Shown here one piece after another: positions 41,453 through 55,063 of a DNA stretch of 64,000 nucleotides (positions are counted from its first letter, which is position 1; every line of letters starts with the position of its first letter). Source of the stretch: Octopus vulgaris (Eukaryota); contig OX597821.1 in the NCBI GenBank assembly GCA_951406725.2, positions 74,276,001 to 74,340,000 of the forward strand, read 5' to 3'. The notes below the pieces were generated by a model, which was not told where the DNA came from, did not search any database, and was given only the letters and a program-made list of their open reading frames with translations. Made by a program: the position numbers and the translations under genes.

Positions 41453-42210
41453 TATACCTCAACTTTAGAATAAAAGAAAAAAATATATATACACACACAA
41501 ATACTACACTCCATAGAATCCATTACTAATCAGCCTCTTCATAGCTATATTTACACCCATTCATATTCTCCCTTCTCTGTTTCTTTCTTCTTCTTCTTCT
41601 TCCTCTTCTTCTTCATCATCATCGTTATCATCATCATCGGCGTCATCATCATCGCCACCATCATCACCACCATCTTCTCCTTCTCCTCCTTCCTCTTCTT
41701 CTTCTTCTTCATCATCATCGTTATCATCATCATCGTCGTCATAATCATCACCACCATCACCATCATCTTCTCCTTCTCCTTCTCCTTCTTCTTCTTCTTC
41801 TTCTTCTTCTTCTTCTTCTTCTTCTTCTTCTTCTTCTTCTTCTTCTTCTTCTTCTTCTTCTCCACCCCCTACCCCTTAAGTTTGTCACTAATGTTTTTTA
41901 GTATAACACCTACGCTAATTCTATAAACAAGCCTGTCAATATAAATATTCTCCTGAATTGAACTGAGACTGCCAGCCGCCACTGACCATTCAAAATACGA
42001 CCATCAGGGCACTCCCAGATTCTCCCACCCCCTTTCCTCACCAGCCTTCCCTCTACTACCCTACCAAGAACTCACAACTACCTCGAACACACAAGTGCAA
42101 ACAAGGGAGTCAGAGAAAGGCAGAATGCCACTTAAATCTGAACACTACTATAGAAATATTCTTTTAAAAAAACTTTTCTTCTAATTTTTCTAAATTTAAT
42201 TATTTAATCG

Positions 42211-42253
42211 TTACAGTTGAAAAGGTCTCAAAATGACCGAAACCGGTACTGAA
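42211..42253 (+). ncRNA. Variant or degenerate minimal hammerhead motif downstream of the PLE ORF
   Basis: cag-TTGAAAA-ggtc-tcaaaat-gacc-GAAA-ccgg-TA-ctg; palindromic ACCGGU stem III; two deviations from CUGANGA. Confidence 0.5.
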
Positions 42254-42300
42254 ATGTTCACTATAAAATTATTTTATCATTTTCTATTTTTTACTTGTTT

Positions 42301-42345
<45 letters not shown>

Positions 42346-42584
42346 CAACGACACAGAGGCAGTGGCCAGTTAAAAAAGAAGAAAAGACAGGTGCGAGAGA
42401 GAGGAGAGAGAGAATGAGAAAGGGTGACGGGGGGGTACAGAGAGGAAAAACAAAGATAGAGTAAGAATGGAACATGATTATGATCCTTACAACTTAAGTT
42501 CGTTGCAGCCCTTATTCAAGTTGTGTTGCGGTGGACTTAGTTTCGAACAGAATACAACAGTTACGTCAACACACATATACTGTT

Positions 42585-42615
<31 letters not shown>

Positions 42616-42882
42616 AGCACACACACTCAAGCACACAAGCACACATATGCACACACACACATCTATCTTCGTGTTTTATTTTTCAGTAAATTTGAACTAT
42701 CCCTCTCTCTCTATATATATATTTATATATTTATCCACACACACACAAACACATGTACACACACACTCACACACTCACGCATATATACATATTTATATAT
42801 ATATATATTTCCACAAAAGCAGATATGCATGTTTATATATATGCATGTTTAAATGTATGTATGTATATATGCACGTATGTAT

Positions 42883-42913
<31 letters not shown>

Positions 42914-42991
42914 GAAATATGTATATATATATACACATATATATATATGTATATATATATGTATATAATATACATATGTATATATTTATAT

Positions 42992-43112
42992 AGGCTTCGT
43001 GGTAAGAAGCTAGCTTCCCAACCGCATGGTTACGGGTTCAATCCTACTGCGTGGCATGTTGGGTAGGTCTCATCTACTATAGCCTCTCAAACTCAAAGAA
43101 ACCCGTCATATG

Positions 43113-43175
<63 letters not shown>

Positions 43176-43437
43176 ATGAGTGTGTGTGTGTGTGTGTGTG
43201 TATACGTGTGTGTGTTTGCGTGTGTATGCAAGTATTTGTGTGTCTGAGTCAGTCCCCCACCATCACCTGACAACCCATACAAGTGTATTTACATCCCCGT
43301 AACTTAGCGGTTCGGCAAAAGAGCCCGATAGAATAAGTACTAGGCTTACAAACAATAACTCCTGACGTCGATTTGTTCGACTAAAGGTGGTGCTCCAACA
43401 TGGCCACAGTCAAAGGACTGAAGCATGTAAAAGAATA
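42992..43437 (+). mobile_element. SINE family A (internally deleted)
   Basis: gtggtaagaagctagcttcccaacc...; tail cccgtaacttagcggttcggcaaaagagcccgatagaataagtactagg. Confidence 0.85.
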
Positions 43438-43560
43438 TAGAATATATAAACATGTATATATATATATAAGCATGTATGTATATATATGTATTTATATATA
43501 TGTATGTATATATATATATACACATATATATATATGTATATACATACATATTTATGTATA

Positions 43561-43597
<37 letters not shown>

Positions 43598-43779
43598 ATG
43601 TATTATACACACACACACACACACATATATATATGATATATGAATTCTTACATAACTGCATCTGCATAAATTCATATGTACATACAAAGTCAGCAATACA
43701 TATACATACACATATACATACACATATACATACATATATATGTATGCTATATATATGTATGTACACATATATATATATG

Positions 43780-43843
<64 letters not shown>

Positions 43844-43844
43844 C

Positions 43845-43911
<67 letters not shown>

Positions 43912-44239
43912 AAGATAGATAGAGTTAAATAGAGGGGAGAAATACATCGATAGATAGATTTGCTAATTGTTCGTTGAACTGTGGCTTATGATGTTTTATC
44001 AATTTTAATTAATGAAATTAATTGCAATTTGATGGTTTGACTCTTTATCTTTTATCTCTTACCTTTTCCATTTATCAGTCATTCAACTGCGACCATGCTG
44101 GAGTACTGCGTTGAAGGGTATAAGCCGAAAATATCGATAATCAGTGATTTACTGGAGCCTATTGCGGGCCGCTCGTCACGAAAACCAACCAACACCAGAG
44201 GTGGAGTATTTTGACAGACAAAATATATATATGAATATG

Positions 44240-44290
<51 letters not shown>

Positions 44291-44364
44291 AATCCAAACG
44301 GGAAACAAAAAAACAACAACAAGGGAACAATTACAGTATTATTATTAATAGGCATATATACACA

Positions 44365-44782
44365 TTCTTTTTATTGTTTTACTTCTTTCAGTCACTTGAT
44401 TGCAGCCAGGCTGGAGCACCATCTGTAATCGAAAAAATTGACCCCAGGACTTATTCTTTGTAGGCCACGTCTTATCCTATCGGTCTCTTTTGTTGAACTG
44501 CTAAGTTACGGGGACGTAAACAGTCCAACATCGGGTGTCGAGTAATGATGGAGAAACACGAACACACGTACACATACACACACACACGCTCATATATATA
44601 TATATATATAGAAATATATACAACGAGCTTCTTTCAGTTTCCGTCAACCAAATCCACTCACAAGGCGTTGGGCAGCCCGAGGGTGTAGTAGAAGACACTT
44701 ACCCAAGGTGTCATGTAATGGGACTGAACCCGGAACCATGTGCTTGGTAAGCAAGCCACTTAGCGCACACAGCTACTCCTAA
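44365..44782 (-). mobile_element. SINE family A
   Basis: Full reverse complement of the family consensus. Confidence 0.88.
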
Positions 44783-44784
44783 CA

Positions 44785-44917
<133 letters not shown>

Positions 44918-44985
44918 TATATATAAGTATATGTATATACTTCTAACTACACACCCACGTCTATATATATATATATATATACATA

Positions 44986-45043
<58 letters not shown>

Positions 45044-45304
45044 TAGAGAGAGAGAGAGACGTGGGTGTGTAGTTAGAAGTTTTCTACCTAACCCCGTGGT
45101 TCTGTGTTGTACCTCGGGTAAGTATCTTCTGTAGTCTCAGCCGGCCAAAGTCTTCTGAGGTGATGTGGCAATCGTAGAATAAGCAGAGCAAGAGCACACG
45201 CACACGCACACACGCACACACACAGATGCAAATGCATATAAGTATACACATCATAGAAGAACAGAATGGATTAAGCAGAGCAAGAGCACACGCGGAATCG
45301 GAAA

Positions 45305-45347
45305 GTATCGCTGAGGAGGTCACAGATGTGTGACGAAAGATTTCCGG
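45305..45347 (+). ncRNA. Minimal type-I hammerhead ribozyme motif
   Basis: tcg-CTGAGGA-g-gtcaca-gatg-tgtgac-GAAA-gatt-TC-cgg; intact core, 6-bp stem II, weak stem I. Confidence 0.55.
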
Positions 45348-45428
45348 ACAATGGATATGAGTGAAGAATGAATATGCAGTGCGTGTGTTTATTCGGTAAG
45401 ATAAAAACAACCGTCCCGAAATTCAACA

Positions 45429-45479
<51 letters not shown>

Positions 45480-45595
45480 CGTGAGCGTGTGTGTGTGAAT
45501 GTGTTTGTCTGTCTGTGTGAGTGTTCTAATGCACAAACACATTTATACACTGCCATACAAACTTATGTACATATTTCTAGATAAATATTCATATA

Positions 45596-45735
45596 GGTGT
45601 AGTAGTGGCTGTGTGGTAAGTAGCTTGCTTACTGACCACATGGTTCCAGGTTCAGTCTCACTGCGTGGCACCTTGAGCAAGTGTCTTCTACTATAGCCTC
45701 GGGCCGACCAAAGCCATGTGAGTGGATTTGGTATT
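45596..45735 (+). mobile_element. SINE family A, 5' part
   Basis: gtggctgtgtggtaagtagcttgc...gtgagtggatttggta. Confidence 0.88.
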
Positions 45736-46169
45736 AGACTAATTCTAGACAAAGTCTTTGGAAAGGTATTTACCATATAGAAACATGAGTGGTATAAGGT
45801 TCCATACCAAAAGTTGCTGACAGCCCCTAAAAGATGTGTGTCTGTCTACCCATCCGTCTATCTATCTATCTATCTACCTACTCACATACCTATTTATCTA
45901 CGTTATACGTACGTACGTTCCTACCTCCCTATCTATTTGTTTATTTATGTAGTTATTTATTGTTTTGCTGTTAATTTTAACCTGTAAATAAATATTTATT
46001 TAATCTGTAAATAAATATATAAATGTATGTTTATTTAAACTGATATATTAACCTTTTAGTTCTTCTATAGATAACTAAGTCGGCAGGTTATTAGAGTAAC
46101 TGAAGGGAGTCATATCTATTTGAAATAAACTTATGTGGAAGTGCAGTACTGTTTCTACTTCAGGTACGT

Positions 46170-47172
46170 ATCCGAAGTCGACCTCGGCAGAATTTGAACA
46201 CAAAACATAATACTAGAATATCGCTAAGGATTTTGTCCGGCGTGTTAACGATTCCGCCAGCTGGCCGCCGTAATGATTATTTCAAATTTTTGCCAGAAGG
46301 GCAGCTTGCGGGAGGTGGGGATGAGTCAATTACATCAATCCTAGTATTCAATAGGTACTTAATTCATCGACCCCGAAAGGATTAAAGGCAAAAACGACCT
46401 CGGTGGTATTTGAAGTCGGAACGTAGCGAGGGGCGAAATACTTATTTCTTTACTAGTTACAAGGGGTTAAACACACAGAGGACGAACAAGGACAGACAGA
46501 CGGATTAAGTTGATTACATCGACCCTAGTGCGTAACTGGTACTTAATTTATCGACCCCGAAAGGGTGATAGGCAAAGTCGACCTCGGCGGAATTTGAACT
46601 CAGAACGTAATGACGGACGAAATACCGCGAAGCGTTTCATCCCAACGAGTCTGCCAGCTCATCGCGTTTCGCCGCCTTAATAATAATGATAATCCCTTCT
46701 ACAAAAGGCTGAAGGCCTGAAACTTGAGTGAACGGGCAAGTCGATTACATCTTTCCCAGTACTCGAATGGAACTTATTTCATCGACGCCGCAAAAATGAA
46801 AGTTATAGTCGACCTCAGCAGAATTTGAACTCAGAACGTAAAGATAAATGATATACTACTAAGTATATCATGATATACTACTAAAGACGGTGACCTGGCA
46901 GAAACGTTAACACGCCGGTCCAAATGCCTAGCGGTATTTCATCTGCCGTTACGTTGTGAGTTCAAATTCCGTCGAGGTCGACTTTGCCTTTCATCCTTTC
47001 GGGGTCGATAAATTAAGTACCAGTTACGCACTGGGGTCGATGTAATCGACTTAATACCTATGTATGTCCTTGTTTGTCCCTTCTGTGTTTAGCCCCTTGT
47101 GGGTAATAAAGAAATAGATATACTACTAAGTATTTTGCCTGATGCGCTAACGATTGTGCCAGCTCACCGCCC
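46170..47172. mobile_element. Cluster of SINE family B copies: several on - (including a dimer at ~46280-46678) and one + copy (46885-47116) nested in a - copy
   Basis: Repeated gaccccgaaagg...ggcaaagtcgacctcgg; nested copy flanked by gatatactactaa (46872-46884 and 47117-47129). Confidence 0.87.
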
Positions 47173-47204
47173 CAATAATAATGATATCATTATTATTATT
47201 ATTT

Positions 47205-47425
47205 TTATATACACTCAACAGATTAGACCGACGGTAATGAAAAAATGCTAACATCGGATTACAGCAAGTAACCTTAGATGGCAAGAACCCTCCTAAGTAT
47301 CCTGGGTTTCCTTAATAATACAGTTTTCTTGGGTTGTACTAAACTGGGTTTTATGCCTATTTCCTCTTTCCATCTGTTCAGATCTTTAGGGATAGTTCCC
47401 AATGTAGATATAACTATTGGAATAA
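47205..47425 (-). mobile_element. Extreme 3' end of an R4/Dong-type LINE
   Basis: Minus-strand peptide IPIVISTLGTIPKDLNRWKEEIGIKPSLVQPKKTVLLRKPRILRRVLAI* followed by an (AAT)n tail. Confidence 0.8.
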
Positions 47426-47457
47426 TAATAATAATAATACTGATAATAATAATAATC

Positions 47458-48105
<648 letters not shown>

Positions 48106-48109
48106 AATG

Positions 48110-48176
<67 letters not shown>

Positions 48177-49265
48177 GACCCTGATGCAGTACCAGGCAGT
48201 GGCCCTCATAGCTTCTGATCTTAACTGATTTGAAGTGCTATCATGTACATTGTTTTGTCTTGGTATAAAAGATGGTCTACAGCAAATATTCTGCTCAATG
48301 CCATAGATTTGCTTGTGATTTGTTTGACCATAACCAGTTGGGTATGTCCCTTAGTAGCTGACGATATGTGCATCTCTGATCATGAGCAGAAGTTGAGGGG
48401 GAGCATCATAGCCATGTATTGAGAGGAATTCTTTGGGCTTTGGATAATTCACATATGGAAACATGGGTGTTTCGTTCAACAATCCTTATTCAGAGATCTT
48501 TTGAGCAGGATGCGAAATTTTTTTTCCCACGAGAGTTCCGGACCCCAGTTATGAACTCATTTGCATACAGCCAATCAGAGCTCAACTATCAAATTAATTT
48601 ATGAGCGCATAACAAGTGATGGGCGATAAGATTAGGTCACTTGGGTAAGGAATGACCATGCTTCTTTTCTCTTTTAAGAATGCTTGTTGTTCTTGTTCCA
48701 ACCATGGCTGCCTCCGCGTAATTATTTGTGTTGTAGTTTACTTTGTAAGACAGTAAGAAGAGAGGGTTGCTAGCACATCACCCTCTACCCACATTTTCCT
48801 CATCCACATATTTACCATATGAGGCCATAACACAATCCGATAATAGATATAGAAGCAAATCTATCTAATTACTTGTCTCTTCCTAAAATCAGGCGTAACA
48901 TGGCGATTGGTCGACTTACAACACCTTTCTTAGTCTTGAGTTTACTTGATGTGTTTGTTAATTTGACAACACGATCGAGGTGAGCTCTGATTCGATTATG
49001 CAAATAAGTTCATTGATGGGGTCCGGAACTCCCGTAGAATAAAATTTTGTAGCGGGATGAGCTACTCGACCTGAAGAAAATTCTAACTGGACCCCACCTG
49101 CAAGATCATTGGCTGTTTATATTGATATGAGATCACCATGTCGCGCACATATGGTTGTGATGCATGTGCCTGGTGTACCCTTATCGGACGGGTAGTCGTG
49201 ATGGGTATACTGGGTTTCGTATATATTATCCAGTGTCACGTTAATGGCATGCGCTGCTCTCACTC
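48177..49265 (+). mobile_element. Longest family E copy, split by a TIR element at 48512-49050
   Basis: 48177-48511 and 49051-49265 join to match 32006-32491. Confidence 0.85.
48512..49050. mobile_element. Non-autonomous DNA transposon (539 bp) with ~75-bp TIRs and 8-bp TSD
   Basis: TIR core gagttccggacccca...atgaact(c/t)atttgcata...aatcagagctca at both ends; TSD agcaggat (48504-48511) / agcgggat (49051-49058), single-copy in uninterrupted host copies. Confidence 0.88.
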
Positions 49266-49309
<44 letters not shown>

Positions 49310-49846
49310 TAATAATAATATATGCATGCATATTACACATACACACACATGGATACAGTTACATACATATGCATATGAGGGTGTTTATGAGTTCTTGTAT
49401 GTGTACATATGTGTGGGTCAGTCTGTCTGTCTGTCAGTGTCCATCATTGACAAGACCAAATAAGGTCGAAATCACATGATTTGGTGGTCTCAGCGCAGGA
49501 GGTAGCGGGGATGTATCCCTGCTGGCGATATAAACAAGAGTGCATTTAGCACCAAAGGCGAATATGAAAGTTTATCTCAGACTGTCTACTGGAGTCTGTT
49601 AGTCTGTTCCCCCCGTTCCGTATTAATACTGCCTTCGTCATTAAGGTATATTGTCTGTCAGCTAATCAGTATGTCTGTCTGACTGTCTGTCTGTATATGG
49701 AGGTCACTGTCCTATTATGCAGAATAAAAAATTGGCCGTTAAACGAGTGAAGTGAATAATCGTAAATATTTGTTATATATTTAGCTTCAACAATCTTGCC
49801 GAACTACGAGAATATATACTTTCTCACCGCAAAAACTACAACAAAA

Positions 49847-49904
<58 letters not shown>

Positions 49905-51106
49905 AACACACACATACGCACACATACCCGTAAATTGGTATTTGTATATAAATACATTAGTCAATCAATACACTTATTTATGTATTTGTATACATAATGC
50001 GTATGATATTCAATTCATACATATATTACGCATAAATTATGCTAATAAATACATGGAATATGTAAATAAATGTTCATATTTAATAGAATTAAGTGTATAT
50101 TCAGATTCTGTGCTTTATTTATATTCAAATGTGATTAGCTACTTGTTAGAAAATTATTAATTCATTTCGCTGTTTTAGTTGACTTGTTATTAGTAGTACT
50201 TAATTAATAGATAACTACAATAAAAAGAAATAAATATATTTGTAATTTAATTAATATAAGGCAAACATTAAGCAGAAACTGATATACATTATTATTACTG
50301 TATTTTGTGTTTCATTTGTTCTGAGGTAATTAATATATAAATACACCGAAATTAATTACCACCCACACATTTATACATGCGCACTGATTATTTTTGTGCA
50401 TAATATACTTTGAAATACACTTACACACACGCGCGCGCGCACACACATGCACATACACACGCACACACACATACATTCGTACTCATGTAGTCAACCGTTT
50501 ATGTGTATTCGCACACTCACATACACACAAACCTTCATAAGTGTGTGTATATTCGCGCATAATCTCACCCACACTTAAACTGCACCAATGCGGATCATCC
50601 AACGGTTTCTGGTTTAATGGGAGATAACTCTACTGTCTGCGATTAAGACAAATTTCGAAACTTTCAATGTTTAAAAAAAATAAATAAATAAAGGAAAAAT
50701 GGAAAATATATCTATCCTTCATTCGGACATTTTAAAATAGCAACTTCTTCATATTTCTTTGCTCAGTCAACAGATGAAAGTTTTGTTGTTAAAAGTGTTC
50801 TCTCGTACTTTCAATGGTAGCAAATTTGAGCCTGACTTGAGGTACATATACACATACATACATCTGGGCGTGTATGTGTGTGGGTATATATATATATATA
50901 AGTATACTTGTGGACTGTTGGCGATTTTTGTCCTTCCTTTTCTTTTGGACTTTCCTATGTCTCCTGTTGCCGAAGAAGAGCTTTCCTCGAAATGTAAAAC
51001 ACCCTTTCTTTCCTCCTCTGACCTCTCATTAATAATTTGCATTTACTACGTCCTCAGATTGTTTTTTCTTCTTGTCCTTTTACAATTAACTGTTTTTAAT
51101 TAACTA

Positions 51107-51229
<123 letters not shown>

Positions 51230-51244
51230 CTCTCTATCTCTCTA

Positions 51245-51317
<73 letters not shown>

Positions 51318-51412
51318 ATGTATATATGTATGTATGTATGTATGTATATATATTGTTCATAATGGTGGCTGGTGAAGGGGTCATTTTCTGTTCCTATCTT
51401 ACCTGTTTATGT

Positions 51413-51509
51413 GTTTAAAGTTTACCTGATGATGGCAGGATGTTGCTACGATGTAATCTAAGAATGTATCAATAAAATGCTGCCGAAACAGCTGTTGTGA
51501 ATTTTAAAC
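51413..51509 (+). ncRNA. Type-I hammerhead ribozyme with intact core
   Basis: Stem I gtttaaagtttac/gtgaattttaaac (13 bp, 2 G-U), CTGATGA 51426-51432, stem II ggcag/ctgcc, GAAA 51485-51488, palindromic AACAGCTGTT stem III, GUU cleavage after 51496. Confidence 0.75.
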
Positions 51510-51561
51510 TCCATTTGACTTCCTCCTTTATACATTAAAAGTATGTATGTATGTATGTATG

Positions 51562-51592
<31 letters not shown>

Positions 51593-51998
51593 TGTATGTA
51601 TGTATGTATGTATGTATGTATGTATGTATGTATGTATGTATGTATGTATGTATGTATGTTTGTATATATGTACGTACGTATGTATGTATTTCTGTGTGTA
51701 TCTATGCATATATTTGGTGACTGCTACAAGTCAGGCAATCTTGATTTCAACACAGTTTATTGTTTACTCGTACAACTTACAGCAGATGTTTACTGTCAAC
51801 TGTTGCTGTAATGTGTGACCTAAATCTGTGACGACCCGTATTCCAACAACGGCTGAAGGGGGAAATCGACACCGAAACGTTTAGATATCTTCTGAGCAGT
51901 AAAATATCCAACCTAGAAGATTTAAAATATGTAATGCTGTTTCAAGCGAATCAATCAGTTCTGTAGCTGCAGATATGCAATTATTCGTTTACGAAATG

Positions 51999-52403
51999 CA
52001 GGGTATTCAAAAAGCGTCTCCGCAGTGAATTTTTCGGTGTACGGATTATTTCGAAGGGACTTTGGCCACCAAGATCACCTGATTTAACACCGCCAGACTG
52101 TTTTTTCTTGGGACCTAGTAAAGTATCAGTATACAAGAATCACCCAAAAACAATTAATGAGCTAAAAAGACACAATCATAACCTTCACACGGTCCATACC
52201 ACGTCAGACTCTGCAAGATGTATTTCAAAACATGTAGAAGAGTCAACTTATGTATTGAAAATGAAGGACGACACTTTCAACGCCTCTTATGAAATTTTTT
52301 AGTCTTCTAAAGTCTAATATATTCTTTTGTAGTCTTATACCCTCTTATAATTATATATTTTGCAATAAAATACTTAATGCGGACTAATTTTTTGAACACC
52401 CTG
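51999..52403 (+). mobile_element. Internally deleted mariner-like (DDxD, rosa/DD41D-like) element
   Basis: GLWPPRSPDLTPPDCFFLG...VYKNHPKTINELK...HFQRLL*; imperfect TIRs cagggtattcaaaaag..tccgca / tgcggactaattttttgaacaccctg. Confidence 0.8.
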
Positions 52404-52906
52404 TGTATTCCATCGGTAGAGCATTGAGAATATTTCCCACAACCTTTCCAGAACAGTTGTTTTTCTCGTAGATATCTTAACACGGTGAAAGCTCCCTTCA
52501 GTTTTCTGCTATTGCTCTGTATACATGACAGCAACTAGACATGACAGATCAATTAATATAAATTGTGTGACTAAACGGGTCACTTTTTCTGAGTTCAAAC
52601 AACAGTTGACGGTTAAGACGTAATTAAAAGTGCAATTTCTCTTTTATTAATTAAGTACGGTAAATATTCTATATCTTTTTTTTATTGTGGGGTTTATTTG
52701 GTAACCAGTTTTCTTAGAAGTGTAATCTGCATAAATATTAGTCGTAGAAGCCAACGTTTGTGTATGTACGTATAAAAATCCTGTTTCAAACGTATCTATC
52801 AATTCTGTAGTTGCAAATATGCGATTATTCGTCCTGAAATACAGGGTGTCTAAAACGTCTAGAGCAATGCTTGGTCGAAACATATCTAAGTTTTATATAA
52901 TATATA

Positions 52907-53015
<109 letters not shown>

Positions 53016-53099
53016 TATGTGTATCTCCCTACACAACGCTGAGCGTTAGAGAACAACGAACGAGTGTTCAAGACCAGGTCCGACAACTAGACCCCGAAG

Positions 53100-53620
53100 T
53101 GATCGACATTTCGCTATTATTGTGGCTTATCAATACCAATGTGATTAAGAGAATTTAATCTCGGTCAAGAATGGAAGTGGGAGATGGGTGGGGTATGAAA
53201 GAAAGATGCTGTAGAGGAATTATGGGGGTAAAGATGAAAGTGAATATCTGTGGATATTTGTACTTCTTTTGATCTCGTATTTAAACAGAGGTCTTGTTAA
53301 GAAACGTTCTTTCAGGATTCTCTTCTTGTCTGCTGTGCATATATCAAGCGTTTTTCCTTCAGTTTGATGGAACACGGCCCTTCCAAGATGTTTTCTTTAT
53401 AAAGGCTGTAGTCCAAAGTCGCACTTCTTTAACTTCTTGCTGTAGACTTCGTATTTATGAGTTTAAACGAAGACGTATCACAACGCAATCTTTATTTGAA
53501 TACTCCTTCCATCATACCTATATTAAGTTTATGCGTTTCGGCATAAATTATCAGCCCTTGCAGTGTTTCTGAAGTTGGAATATTATAGGTATCCTGCACG
53601 AATTATAAGTATGTGCCTTT
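53100..53620 (-). pseudogene. Decayed Penelope-like GIY-YIG domain (Neptune/Naiad-like) with degenerate HHR-like motif downstream (~53104-53136)
   Basis: Minus-strand LIIYAETHKLNIGMMEGVFK*RLRCDTSSFKL..KSTARS and DICTADKKRIL..LNKTS match IIY...YIG.TEG.FK.R..NH.SSF...ST.LS...C.LC..EK...LNKRSE. Confidence 0.68.
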
Positions 53621-54090
53621 ATACATCGGATTTTAATTTTTACCAAAGTAATGGTTCTCACATTCATGATGCACCAATGGCTCATTTAAACGTTTTTTTT
53701 TCTGTTAATAGGTTTTTTTCTGTATCTCTACTCAAGCGGGAATCGTGTGTTCTTTGGATTTAGGAAATCTTTTGTTACTTTAAGTTATCCACTGAATGAA
53801 AATGGAGTTTTAATCATATATTAAAGTGAAACATAATTTATCGGTGCGAGTAGGCATGTTCAGGTGATCATCTTTCATTGAACAAGTTATTAAGGCTTTG
53901 TTCTACTTGTGATTCGCCTAATCAACTAATTTCATATACGTCATTTACATTATTTACACTTGACGGATATTTGTTCTCATCTTGTTTGTTGTTAAAACAA
54001 CTTTTCAGCTGATATACCCTCCAGCATTCATCAGGTGTCTTGGGGAAATGTTGAACCTGGGTTCTCATTCCTGAGGTATTTTCCCGATGG

Positions 54091-54195
<105 letters not shown>

Positions 54196-54214
54196 CATTA
54201 TCCTCCTCCTCCTC

Positions 54215-54320
<106 letters not shown>

Positions 54321-54413
54321 CCATTCAGGTCCCTGTCCACGGCCATATAGCGTAGTGCTTAACAGCGCAGGCTACTAACCACAAAATTCCGAGTTCGATT
54401 CCAGGGAGTGACT

Positions 54414-54474
<61 letters not shown>

Positions 54475-54500
54475 TGATGATGATGATGATAATAATAATG

Positions 54501-54563
<63 letters not shown>

Positions 54564-54564
<1 letters not shown>

Positions 54565-54952
54565 GGCGTAGGAGTGGCTGTGTGGTAAGTAGCTTGCTAA
54601 CCAACCATATGGTTCCGGGTTCAGTCCCACTGCGTGGCACCTTGGGCAAGTGTCTTCTGCCTTGTGAGTGGATTTGGTTGACGGAAACTGAAAGAAGCCT
54701 GTCGTATATATGTATATATATATGTATGTGTTTGTGTATATGTGTTTGTCCCCCCTAGCATTGCTTGACAACCGATGCTGGTGTGTTTACGTCCACGTCA
54801 CTCAGCGGTTCGGCAAAAGAGACCGATAGAATAAGTACTGGGCTTACAAAGAATAAGTCCCGGGATCGATTTGCTCGACTAAAGGCGGTGCTCCAGCATG
54901 GCCGCAGTCAAATGACTGAAACATGTAAAAGAGTAAAAGAGTAAAAGAGTAA
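54564..54952 (+). mobile_element. SINE family A (near-consensus) inserted into the (AAT)n tract of the HHR element
   Basis: Complete head and tail ending (gtaaaaga)n; (AAT)n on both sides. Confidence 0.92.
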
Positions 54953-55017
54953 AATAATAATAATAGCCATTGAAAATATACCTTAGGAATGAGAACCCAG
55001 GTTCAAAATTCCTCCTG

Positions 55018-55063
55018 GACACCTGATGTAGGCTGGAGGGTATATCAGCCGAAACGTTGTGTT
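55018..55063 (+). ncRNA. Minimal type-I hammerhead motif (one core substitution)
   Basis: gacac-CTGATGT-a-ggctg-gagggtatat-cagcc-GAAA-cg-TT-gtgtt. Confidence 0.65.

Noticed and set aside
41551-41865. Poly-K/M/E ORF
   Set aside because: Compound (CTT)n/(CAT)n microsatellite with internal duplication inside a PLE 3' region
51852-51882. ctgaagggggaaatcgacaccgaaacgtt hammerhead-like string
   Set aside because: Core mismatch, only 2-bp stem II and no stem I
54341-54416. Possible genuine tRNA gene (also the other SINE heads)
   Set aside because: A and B boxes are present but there is no clean acceptor stem or cloverleaf, and it is embedded in a repeat; treated as a tRNA-derived head
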